Below, piece after piece: positions 9,056-18,665 of a stretch of 18,665 bases of DNA. The notes below the pieces were generated by a model. That model was not told the DNA's origin. It was given only the letters and a program-made list of their open reading frames with translations, and ran no database searches. This DNA comes from Octopus sinensis (taxonomy: Eukaryota): NCBI RefSeq assembly GCF_006345805.1, contig NW_021836383.1, positions 1 through 18,665 on the forward strand, read 5' to 3'. The translations under genes were made by a program, and so were the position numbers. The first letter of the stretch is position 1. Every line of letters begins with the position of its first letter.

Positions 9056-9445
9056 TCTCTCTACATAAAGCTGAAGTTGTCTGTCTATGGCAAGTTTGGT
9101 AGCCTTCAACTAAGACTATCTCCTCCGAGACCCTGCGGCGCAAGTTGACCGAAATTGAGAGTATGATAGAAGAAGACTTGCTCTTCCTTCCGTAGAAGAA
9201 AAATTGAAATCAGACCATGTTAACATTAAAAATTATTTACATCAAAAAGGTACTTTTTTTTCTATAAAAATCCCTATTTTTTACGATTTTTTTACTGCTG
9301 TGTCGCCATTTTTCGGTGTATTTCAACCAGAAAAATGTTCACTTAAAGAGAATATAAAGCTACATGATGCAAAATTTTTACTTTTCAAAAATTCCAATTC
9401 TAAAGGATCGAAACAAACCCTAGCAACGCCAGGCGATACTGCGAG
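9056..9445 (+). mobile_element. Non-autonomous Helitron-like element
   Basis: Begins A|TC at 9055/9056. Has a subterminal hairpin gca-acgcc-a-ggcg-atac-tgc and ends CGAG|T (canonical is CTAG|T). No TSD, no ORF. Confidence 0.65.
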
Positions 9446-9453
9446 TATATGTA

Positions 9454-9611
9454 TATAGGGAGTGTTTACGAAAAATCAAAAGACGAAGACAGGTGGTGCA
9501 CAAAACAAACAGATGTATTAGTACAACGCTCAGGAATAGAAAAAGTCTTTTACGTTTCGAACCTACGCTATTCTACAGAAACGGACACAAAAAAACAAGG
9601 AGAGAAAAAAA
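9454..9611 (-). mobile_element. Penelope pLTR-like solo repeat, copy 1, with a minimal hammerhead motif at 9545-9586
   Basis: About 11-12 differences over ~158 nt versus 11421-11580. Minus strand reads TTT-CTGTAGA-A-TAGC(GTAG)GTTC-GAAACGTA-AAAGAC. The 3' end runs into a TA tract. Confidence 0.7.
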
Positions 9612-9927
9612 TACAAAAAAGATACAAAATATACAAAATGTTATATTCTATATTTTGTATCTTTTCATTTGTCTTGCTCGCTTACGTTCTGGCGTTTGCT
9701 GAATTTTCTTGAGAACAACCTTTTCTTAGTGGTCAGACCATATGGGGTCTACCATTAGCATAATGGATGTCCACTTAGTAGTCATCCCTCTGATATGTTT
9801 GTAATATAATTTTTCTGAATCTTCAGATTTTTCAATATGCTAAGCCACTGGTTTTAAATTGATATTAATCAAATTAATATTTAATTTTTTACCTTTATTA
9901 TTTAAATTATATATATATATATATATA

Positions 9928-10060
9928 CACGACAGTTTCCGTCTAGTAAATTCACTCACAAGGCATTAGTTTGCCCAGGGTTATAGTTGAAGACACTTAC
10001 CAAAAGTACTGAGTGGGACTGAACTTGAATCCATGTGGTTGCAAAGCGAGATTCGTAATT
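9928..10060 (-). mobile_element. tRNA-head half of the composite SINE (degenerate)
   Basis: cagtttccgtctagtaaattcactcacaaggc...gaagacactt...agtgggactgaac...catgtggtt. Minus strand has B-box-like gttcagtccc. Follows a (TA)n tract. Confidence 0.65.
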
Positions 10061-11100
10061 GTGATATGGAATCTAAAAAAAACTAAGTGGGGCATATATG
10101 GCTTTGACAATAATGAAGCAGAATGAGGCTAAGTTGTGCTCGAAATCGTGATTTTTAGATTATAACGCCCAAATTCTTGAAGAGCACAGCGTTGCACATA
10201 AAACCAATTCATTCACTCATGTGTTTTCTATTGTGTGTTGTGTAACGTGGGATTTGGATGTTACTGGTTAGCAAGCTTCCTGTCATATCGTTTATTCTTA
10301 GTTGCCGACAACTTTTATAAAAGAGTTGAAGAGATTTGAATTTCAACTACTTTCAAAACGACATAGAAATATGGAAAAAGTAAAAATGAAAGACATAGCA
10401 AAAGTTTGCCAGAAGGACATCGATGGTTTCTCAATGACACTTTGAAGGATTAAGTGATAAATGAAAATCGTATACGTCTTGCTTCCTCTTGAGTCTTCAA
10501 TGACGAATAATAGCTTAGAGCTAAGTGTTGGAAACAAAAAGAAAATGTCTTTATAGTGATGGAAACTGAGGTCGGTGAGAAATCAAATAATTATTTACTG
10601 TTAATATCTTCCTTTTCTATACTTCTATATTTCTGGTTTCATTTTTAACTCATTTCGTACGAGATTTCCATTTTAGAAATAGTTATATATAGTGACTAGT
10701 AAAGAAAGACACTGCCGATAGACGGTGCTTTGAAACGGCTGTCTCATTGACAAGAGAAATTGGTTTTAGTATTAATAACTACTAGCCAGTAGCAGCAGAA
10801 AGAGTTAACAGCGGTAATTGGAAGAAAATTTCATATTCTAACTTAATAGGGTCTCGGAACAAAAGCATAAACATAAACAAGTTAGCTTCAATAAAATGGA
10901 GATCTTCGCATAAACGCTGACCTATTTCTATCACTGTTTCAGAAAGTTCTTTCCATTCGATCTTTTAAGAAAGATGTTTTATTGTTCTGTGAACAAGATG
11001 GCGGAAAAAATATGAGGTTGAGAAGAAAATATGCGCTACTTTCGTTTCATTTCCAGTTTTATACACAAATCTTATTTCCTATATAGTCTTCTTTAATATT

Positions 11101-11183
11101 TCCATCTATCTGTCTATCTGTCTGCTAATTTCTCACTCTATCTATTTATCAATTTATTTATATTTCAATCTATCAATCAATCA

Positions 11184-11256
<73 letters not shown>

Positions 11257-11326
11257 CGTATCTATCTATTTATCTACCTATCTATCTATCTATCTATCTA
11301 TCTGTCTGTCTGTCTGTCTGTCTCTC

Positions 11327-11361
<35 letters not shown>

Positions 11362-11423
11362 ATCTATCTATCTATCTATCTATCTACGTATCTATCTATT
11401 TATCTACCTATCTATCTATCTAT
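11101..11423. repeat. (TATC)n/(TGTC)n microsatellite with an internal duplicated variant block
   Basis: Directly visible; tatctacgtatctatctatttatctacctatc occurs twice. Confidence 0.95.
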
Positions 11424-11580
11424 AGGGAGAGTTTACGAAAAAACCAAAAGACGAAGACAGGTGGTGTACAAAACAAACATATGTATTAGTATAACGCTCA
11501 GGAATAGAAAGAGTCTTTTACGTTTCGAGCCTACGCTCTTCTACAGAAAGGGACACAGAAAAAACAAGGAGAGAAAAAAA
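11421..11580 (-). mobile_element. Penelope pLTR-like solo repeat, copy 2, with a minimal hammerhead motif at 11513-11554
   Basis: Minus strand reads CTTT-CTGTAGA-A-GAGC(GTAG)GCTC-GAAACGTA-AAAG. Helix II is a perfect 4 bp, helix I is CTTT/AAAG and helix III is the palindromic ACGT. Sits inside (TATC)n. Confidence 0.75.
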
Positions 11581-11600
11581 TGTGTGTAGTGGCTAACGAT

Positions 11601-11619
11601 CTATCATCTATTTATCTAC

Positions 11620-11696
<77 letters not shown>
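11601..11696. repeat. (TATC)n microsatellite
   Basis: Directly visible. Confidence 0.95.
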
Positions 11697-12369
11697 AAGT
11701 TCTCTGCATACACATACCAGTGTCTCTTTAGCTCTTTGCATACCTATCTGCTCTTTACATACCAATCGATTAGAATTGATATATTATCACACATAACTTA
11801 TTCTAATCATCTTTTTACTTTTCTTTACATTAAATACGTTAACATCAACTTAACAATTGCTTGTTTTGTTTTGCTTTAAGTAGAAAGCAACTATAAGCTA
11901 TATATTTCCTAAACAATGTAATTTTTCTCCGCCAATTATTCTTGAATGTTGTACAACTATCATTCTTTTTTGCTTTATTACTTCAGCAAGTGAAATGACA
12001 GCTGTGCCTTGATGATGAGGTCAAAATATGACCGAAATATCTGAAATTGTCTCCTGTACTTGCATCTGTCTCTAAAATATAAACTATATATATATATAGT
12101 TGTTGGCTGTCTATCTACTCCACATTCAATCTTTAACCTCCAGAAGGAAAAGGTGTCATCCAATATCCTTATATCTGTCCTATACCAGGAACACCAAGCC
12201 CACTGAAACAGCCGTAGGACTTTCATAATTCTATCTATCTTATTTGCGATATCGTTTTTTTTTATTATATATTCTTAATATCCACACACATTTACATTTT
12301 TCTATTCGATTAAATGTATCTTTATGTGTAAATAGATGTACCTAGCTTGCTTATCGCTGCTTTTCTTAT

Positions 12370-12545
<176 letters not shown>

Positions 12546-13027
12546 GTATATATTATTCGTTTGTATATATGTTATTTACATACGAATACACTTATAAATG
12601 TGGACATGTATTAATATCCCAGCGCTAATATCGCATAACACTGGCCAACAAATTCTAACATTTTTTCTGCTGACCTAAGTTTGAGATCTGCTCTGGGATA
12701 ATTTGGGGTCACTGAGGTTTAAAAAGGCAATAGTTTTTGTTTTTGTTTTTGTTTTTTTTATCACGTCAAGCTTTTTTTGTATGGGCTGGTCCATATTGGC
12801 TCCATCCATACTCCATGTTTCAGAAATTTTTCGATGTGTTTTTCGTAGGGTACGTTAGCAGCAAGAGTCTGAGTGTTCCGTGAATGAGGTTGTGACGTTC
12901 TCTCGGCCTTGTATATGTACCTGTGTAGAAGTGTGTTTCCTAAAAACTGTGTGCTCCAATGCTCGGTCATCTTAATCTGCGTTGTTAATCTCTTCTAACT
13001 ATCAACAAATATACAGAAGATATAGTT

Positions 13028-15052
13028 AAACATTTCTGCTGAATATTTATTTTATCTCTGTATTTAGACATCTATTTAGATAAACTTAGATATATAAAAA
13101 TGTTCCTTATCTCTCTTTTCATGAAATAACGCAGGGGTTCAGCAGCATGGCGTCATTGCGGAGGAAATGTTGGAATTGCCCTGACTGTTTTTGTTATATA
13201 TTTGGGTGTTTTACAGAACCAAGTCAAAGAAGAATGAACATTAGTGACTTTGTGAAAAGATCCTACTTGACTTACTTTAAGATTAAAGTTGGTGATCAGG
13301 ATAAATCGTGAGCCTCGCACAATCTATGTAAACCCTGTGTCGAAAATCTACGCCGATGGACAAAGGGCACATGGAAACAACTAACATTTGACATTCCTAT
13401 GGTATGGTGGGAGCCAAAGAACATTGTAAACGATTGTTACTTTTGTCTCACAAGGACTTCTGTTTATAACAAGTGAACGCGACAGTTACGCGATAAGTTA
13501 CGCAAATCTGGATTCAGCAAGTCATCCAGTGCTTCACTCTGATGAAATATCAGGACCCGTTTTCAAGGATCTACCTTCACTGCAAGGTGAAAGTGATATA
13601 TGTGAAGTAGATGTAAATCATGAAAATGACAGTGATATGGACATTGTAGAAACATCAACCAAAGAACGAGAAAACTTCAACCAGGCAGAACTTAATGATT
13701 TAGTTAGAGATCTAGAACTGCAAAAACAAATTATCAGAACTGTTAGCTTCTAAGCTTAAAGAGAAGAAGTTGTTGTAGAAAGAAACAAACGTGACTTTTT
13801 ATCGGAATAGGAGAAAAAAGATCTCTTGGCGTTCTTTACAACTGGAAAAGATTTTGTTTACTGTTGTGACGTGGCGGAACTGTTGAACGCGATGGGTAAT
13901 GAACAGTATGATCCTAGTGAATGGAGAATCTTTATAGATAGAGTCTAAATTGTTTGGTGCGCTTCATATTGGTCACTCTTTACACTTAAAAATAATTATG
14001 ATCACATAAAAGTTGTATTAGATTTACTTAAGTATGATAAACACAAATGTGTTGTATGTGTGATTCTAAAAAATGGTCGACTTTTTACTTGGCCAACAAG
14101 GAGGATATACAAAATATCTGTATTTCCTGTGCTTATGGCATAGCTGAGCAAGAAAAAAACATTGGGGATAGAAACTCTGTCCAGTTAGGAAAATTTTGAC
14201 TGTTGGGAAGAACATCATATATTAACTACTTGTTGAGCGAGAGAAAATCATCTCCCTACCCCTTTATATTATCAAGGACTATTGAAGTAATTTGTCAAAG
14301 CTGTTAATGTGGAGAGTAACTGTTACAAATTCATATGTACAGCATTTCCTGTACATTGATGAAATGCCATACTTTCTTAAGCTCGGTGACTCATATAGAA
14401 AAAAGAGCATGGGATTTATTTGTGGGAGCTGTGAAAGGATTATGGGGGAGTGAAAAGGCTGCAAACTACAAGATTTGATCGAGACATTACATGGTAGATT
14501 TCATCTTTTAGGCTGCAGCATGAACATAAAACTTCACTTCTTTAATAATTATCTCTATGAATTTCTTGCTAACCTCAGAGACGTGAGCGATGAGCATGGT
14601 GAACGTTTTCATCAAGCAATAAAGATTATGGAGGAGAGATATCAAAACCGATCGAACACACTCGTGATGGCAGACTACTGTTGGTGTATTCAAAAAGACT
14701 GTGTAGACATGAAGCACTCAAGACTCTCCCTCAAGCGGGAATTTGCTCCGTGAGTATGAAGGTATGTGTAAAATGATTTGTGTTTTATCCATCATAGAGA
14801 ATCAACAGTATGTATTTAGTAAAAGGTGATGCTACCTTACATTTCATTTATCATTTCGTATTTCATTGACATTATAATTTATAGCTTGAAGCTATCCCCA
14901 CCAAGTAAATTATTTATACAGTGCATCAAAAAAGAGGGTTATGCTATGGAATAACCTGATATGTTAGAAAAAAATGGATGCCATATTTGAAATCAGCATC
15001 TCAAAAATTAACTAAAAGCAACCACAAGATCGAAGTCAGCAAAAAGTGTGTT
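13028..15052 (+). mobile_element. Chapaev3-like (CMC superfamily) DNA transposon relic; boundaries approximate
   Basis: Contains the transposase pseudogene below. Weak residual terminal similarity: aaacatttctgctga (13028-13042) versus the reverse complement of tcagcaaaaagtgtgtt (15036-15052). Canonical CAC/GTG ends not seen. Confidence 0.6.
13147..14753 (+). pseudogene. Chapaev3-like DDE transposase pseudogene
   Basis: ATG at 13147: MASLRRKC..PDCFCYIFG...GDQDKS*ASHNLCKPC...IPMVWWEPKN..NDCYFC (Chapa-type Zn finger; W-to-stop at 13309-13311), then FNQAELNDLVRDL, EWRIFID, LLGQQGGYTKY..FLCLW, and LGCSMNIKLHF...DVSDEHGERFHQ.IK.MEERYQ...MADYCW, stop at 14753. Many stops and frameshifts plus internal deletions. 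Track ORFs 13529..13753 and 14475..14753 are fragments. Confidence 0.88.
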
Positions 15053-15140
15053 CAAAATAATTTCATCATCTCGAAACAAAACTTACACCCACAGAAATTA
15101 CCTCGTAGTTCTAAAGGCAAAGCAATTTTTATAAATAAAT

Positions 15141-15358
15141 CGGAATGACACATCATCAGGGGAATAACATAGAAAAAACACGTGAAAAAAATATTATTTC
15201 TTTATTTATAGACAATAGACTACGTCGCACGGTTTTCTGCGAGATTAACGGAATTAACATCATCAGGGGAATAACATAGAAAGAACACGTGAAAAAAATA
15301 TTATTTATTTATAGACAATAGACAACGTCACACGGTTTTCTACGAGAGTAAAGGAATT
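15141..15358 (+). repeat. Head-to-tail tandem duplication, units 108 and 103 bp
   Basis: Unit 1 is 15141-15248 and unit 2 is 15249-15351, both cggaat...catcatcaggggaataacatagaaa...acggttttct.cgaga.taa. A third unit starts as ggaatt. Confidence 0.93.
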
Positions 15359-15759
15359 TCATGAATTCTGTTTCACAATTTTAATATTAATTTTAGCAAC
15401 CCGTTGTGTAATTTTATTTGTTATCTGATTTACACTTAGACTTATCAAATGTATAATATGGAAGTTACTACTGTTCATCATAATCGACTGACGTAGTCTG
15501 GCTTTTATAGCTATATCAATAATTTACTTCCACATTCTTTCTATGATTTCTTCCGGACGAAACACCAATTCGATTTATCTGGAAAAATCGGATTGCTGGC
15601 AGAAACACAATACTCTGTATAAGTTCAGCGTGCAATGAGAAGGGTATCTTTAACGATTAAGCGATGTGATGTTAGCGCTGGGGTATCAGCATGACGATAT
15701 CTTTGCTACGTCATTTACTTCTAACAATGCAACCACACCTATGCTGTTGGCGATTACTT

Positions 15760-15930
15760 TTCCTTCTTTGAACGTGTCCCTTTCTCCTTTCCGACGAAGA
15801 GCCATACACGAGAGTCAAACTCTCTTTTCACCGAGCGTCAAGGTAATACATTTCTCGTGCATATCCTCTCGTAGTCCGTTAATTTTATCATTCACCTATT
15901 TAAACTGATTGTTTATTTGAACTGACTATA
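15760..15930 (+). mobile_element. Degenerate pLTR-like repeat related to the 9454/11421 copies; hammerhead decayed
   Basis: Shares ordered blocks gtgtccctttct, gaagagc, c.gagcgt and taatacat with the minus strand of 11421-11580. Core-like CCGACGA-A-GAGC at 15791-15802, but the GCTC-GAAAC part is degraded. Ends in (TA)n. Confidence 0.5.
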
Positions 15931-16285
15931 TATATACATATATATGTAAGTAGGTAGAGAGATAGACAGACAGAACAGATTATAAATTATATTATACACA
16001 CACCTCACGCGCAGATGTATGATTGCTTACATTTTTCATATTAATAAATGTTTATTCATCAATTTATCATTTACTGTTAATATTATTGTTGTTGTTATAT
16101 ATTCAATTATTCATATTTGTCAGAGAATCTTTTGTGCCAATTCTTCACATTTGTTCGTTTTTTTAACTTATGTTTTGAGATTCATTTTGCAGTTGATTTT
16201 TTTTGTTTTTGTTTTATTTGTTATTTACTTGTATGTTCCGTATTCTTTTTTTCTTCTTCCTTCCAAACAATCGCATGTCATCCCA

Positions 16286-17090
16286 CTACCAACCACACCA
16301 CACTGCCACCACTACCTTCACCACCACTGCTATCACCACTGCCACCATCGCTACCAGCACTACCACCACCACCACTATCACAACCCCCGCTACCGCCATC
16401 ACCACCACCACCATCATCGCCACTACCACCACCACTATCACAACCCCCATTACCCCCATTACCCCTACCTCCACCACCATCACTACCACTACCTTCACAA
16501 CCACCACTATCACCACAACCACTGCCACCACCAATATCACAACCCCCACTACCACCATCACAACCACCACCATCATCACCACCACTACCATCACCCCCAC
16601 CACCATCTCCACCACCACTGCCACCACTACCACCACCACTATTACAACCCCCACTACCACTACCACCACTACTACCACCACCATTACTTCTAGCATAACC
16701 ACTTCTGACACTACAATTTGCAACACCATCACAACCATCACAACGCCCCTACCTCCACTTCTACCAACACTACCATCGCTTCTTTCTTGCTCGTGGACAC
16801 TACTACACCACGAATATCACCTCTGCTTGCCCTTTAAAAAAAAACCACTATCGCTACCACCGCCACCGCCGTCACCACCATCACCATCACCCTACCAATC
16901 TGCCATCATCTCTACTAACACAACCTGTGTCACCGTTATCACTACCACTACCACCACAACAACGAAGTCAACCATCACCATGACAGCATCATTATCAACA
17001 TCATCGTCACACCACTGCCAACCACCATCACGAAATCAACCCCCCCCCACACCGTCACCACAAAATGGTCATCATCATCACCATCACCCA
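16286..17090. repeat. Degenerate (ACC/CAT/CAC)n low-complexity tract
   Basis: Directly visible; yields poly-T, poly-H, poly-P and poly-V ORFs in several frames. Confidence 0.9.
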
Positions 17091-17139
17091 AGCTTCCACA
17101 TGGTCACTTGATCAGCTGGAATTAGTTGCTAAATTTCTC

Positions 17140-17149
17140 TATCTCCCTC

Positions 17150-17193
<44 letters not shown>

Positions 17194-17234
17194 AACTTAC
17201 CTTCTCTTTCGCTCTCTCTCTCTCTCTCTTCCCC

Positions 17235-17265
<31 letters not shown>

Positions 17266-17870
17266 CCAACTTGCTTATCTTTTCTCTCTCTCGTTCTCTC
17301 TCTTTCTCTTTCTCCCCCCCCCCTCTCCCCCTCTCTCTCTTTCCCTTCTCTCTATCTATCTATCTACTTACTTTCTCTTTCGCTCTCTCTTTCTCTCTCT
17401 CTCTTTCTCTCTCACTCTTTCTCTCCCTCTCTTTCTCTCTATCTCTCTTCTCTCTCACTCTCTCTATCTCTATCTCTCTCTTCCCCCCTCATTCTCTATC
17501 TATCTACTTGCTCACCTTCTCTCTCTCTACCTATCTATCTACTTACCTTCTCTTTCGCTCTCTCTCTCTTCCCTCTCTCTCTTCCCTCTCTCTCTTCCCT
17601 CTCTCTCTTCCCTCTCTCTCTTCCCTCTCTCTCTTCCCTCTCTCTCTTCCCTCTCTCTCTTCCCTCTCTCTCTTCCCTCTCTCTCTTCCCTCTCTCTATC
17701 AATCTATCTACCTACTTCCTTACCTTCTCTCTCTTCTCTCTCTCTCACTCTTCCCTCTCTTTATCAATCTAGCTACCTACTTGCTTACCTTCTCTCTCTT
17801 CCCCCTCTCTATCTATCAACCTACCTGCTTACCTTCTTTCTCTTCTCTCTCTCTTTCTCTCTCTCTCCCT
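17140..17870. repeat. Compound (CT)n/(TCTA)n polypyrimidine tract containing a 13-bp minisatellite
   Basis: Directly visible; 10 perfect copies of cttccctctctct at 17568-17697. Confidence 0.95.
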
Positions 17871-18174
17871 ACTCTCCACTTCGTCCAATCACACCAACCC
17901 ATCTCCAACGTTTCTGATGAGTCTCCACTCTGTGCCCGACCTCTTCACATCATCTTGATAAATAAATATATCTTTGATGAACCCTTAATTGATGGCGTTA
18001 GTGAGGGCGGGGTTGTTCTCACTTAGGTCCCCATTATACGCCACAACTGTCATTAACCCCTTCTTCTAACACTCCCTTCTTCCACATCTTTCTATTGTCA
18101 GTTTTATTTCAATCTACAATACCGAACGTGCTTCTCACTCACACCATTATTTATCTGTAGTTACATTTCGTTAT

Positions 18175-18271
18175 CACTACTCTATCAGTCAGTCTGTCTG
18201 TTTATCTGTCTGTCTGTTTGTCTGTCTGTCTATCCGTCAGTCAGTCTGTATGTCTATCTACCTACACATCC

Positions 18272-18336
<65 letters not shown>

Positions 18337-18456
18337 GCTAGCTAGCTAGCTATCTAGCTATCTATTTCTGTCTTTCTATCTATTTAACGGTCTGTCTCTC
18401 TGTCTATTTATTTATCCGTCTGTCAGTCTATCTGTTTATCTATATGTCCATCCATC

Positions 18457-18537
<81 letters not shown>

Positions 18538-18605
18538 ATGTATATATTTCTCTGTCTTTCTGTCTACCTATCTATCTATCTAGCTATCTATCTATACATA
18601 TATAT
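18175..18605. repeat. Compound (CTGT)n/(TATC)n/(TAGC)n microsatellite
   Basis: Directly visible. Confidence 0.93.
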
Positions 18606-18608
18606 AGT

Positions 18609-18665
18609 TAATCCAAACCTGAAAACATAAAGAGGACACAACAACGCGAGGACGTGGAACAAGTA
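18609..18665 (-). mobile_element. Probable 3' end of another pLTR-like interspersed repeat, cut by the window edge
   Basis: Abuts (TA)n like the other pLTR-like copies. Its minus strand (ca.gtcctcgcgttg...aactatata) loosely parallels 15860-15930. Also recalled as a common octopus repeat. Confidence 0.35.

Noticed and set aside
10115-10190. tgtgctc-GAAA ... ttgaa-gagcaca, resembling a permuted hammerhead
   Set aside because: No CUGANGA core in a valid position and helix I cannot be formed; probably a chance 7-bp inverted repeat.
12761-12970. 69-aa minus-strand ORF with an upstream QRRLR-like string
   Set aside because: Downstream LINE motifs do not follow; no support for a gene or retroelement.
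16019-18026. Long ORFs of 150-300 aa (His-, Pro-, Thr-, Val-rich and SL/LS repeats)
   Set aside because: Several frames are open at once over (ACC)n and (CT)n tracts, typical of low-complexity DNA; not called as CDS.

Overview
Eukaryotic, AT-rich window dense in microsatellites and repeats. The repeat families resemble those I recall from Octopus (coleoid cephalopod) genomes; this assignment is inference from memory, not a search result. I find no intact protein-coding gene. The long ORFs in the track come from microsatellites or decayed transposons. Recognisable content: (i) a Neptune-like Penelope retroelement relic whose RT half (minus strand) and GIY-YIG endonuclease half (plus strand) diverge from a junction near 530, followed by a decayed hammerhead-like motif; (ii) two tandem copies of a ~530-bp element embedded in (TAA)n, one truncated; (iii) an RTE-like LINE 3' relic split by a SINE; (iv) several tRNA-derived SINEs, one with a perfect 14-bp target-site duplication; (v) a nest of Helitron-like, fold-back and Penelope pLTR-like insertions at 7.9-10.1 kb; (vi) two ~155-bp pLTR-like direct repeats on the minus strand, each with a minimal hammerhead fold and the same non-canonical CUGUAGA core; (vii) a Chapaev3-like (CMC) transposase pseudogene; (viii) long simple repeats. 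The most interesting theme is the set of hammerhead-type motifs associated with Penelope-like termini. One possible 87-bp host exon at 6629-6715 is weakly supported.
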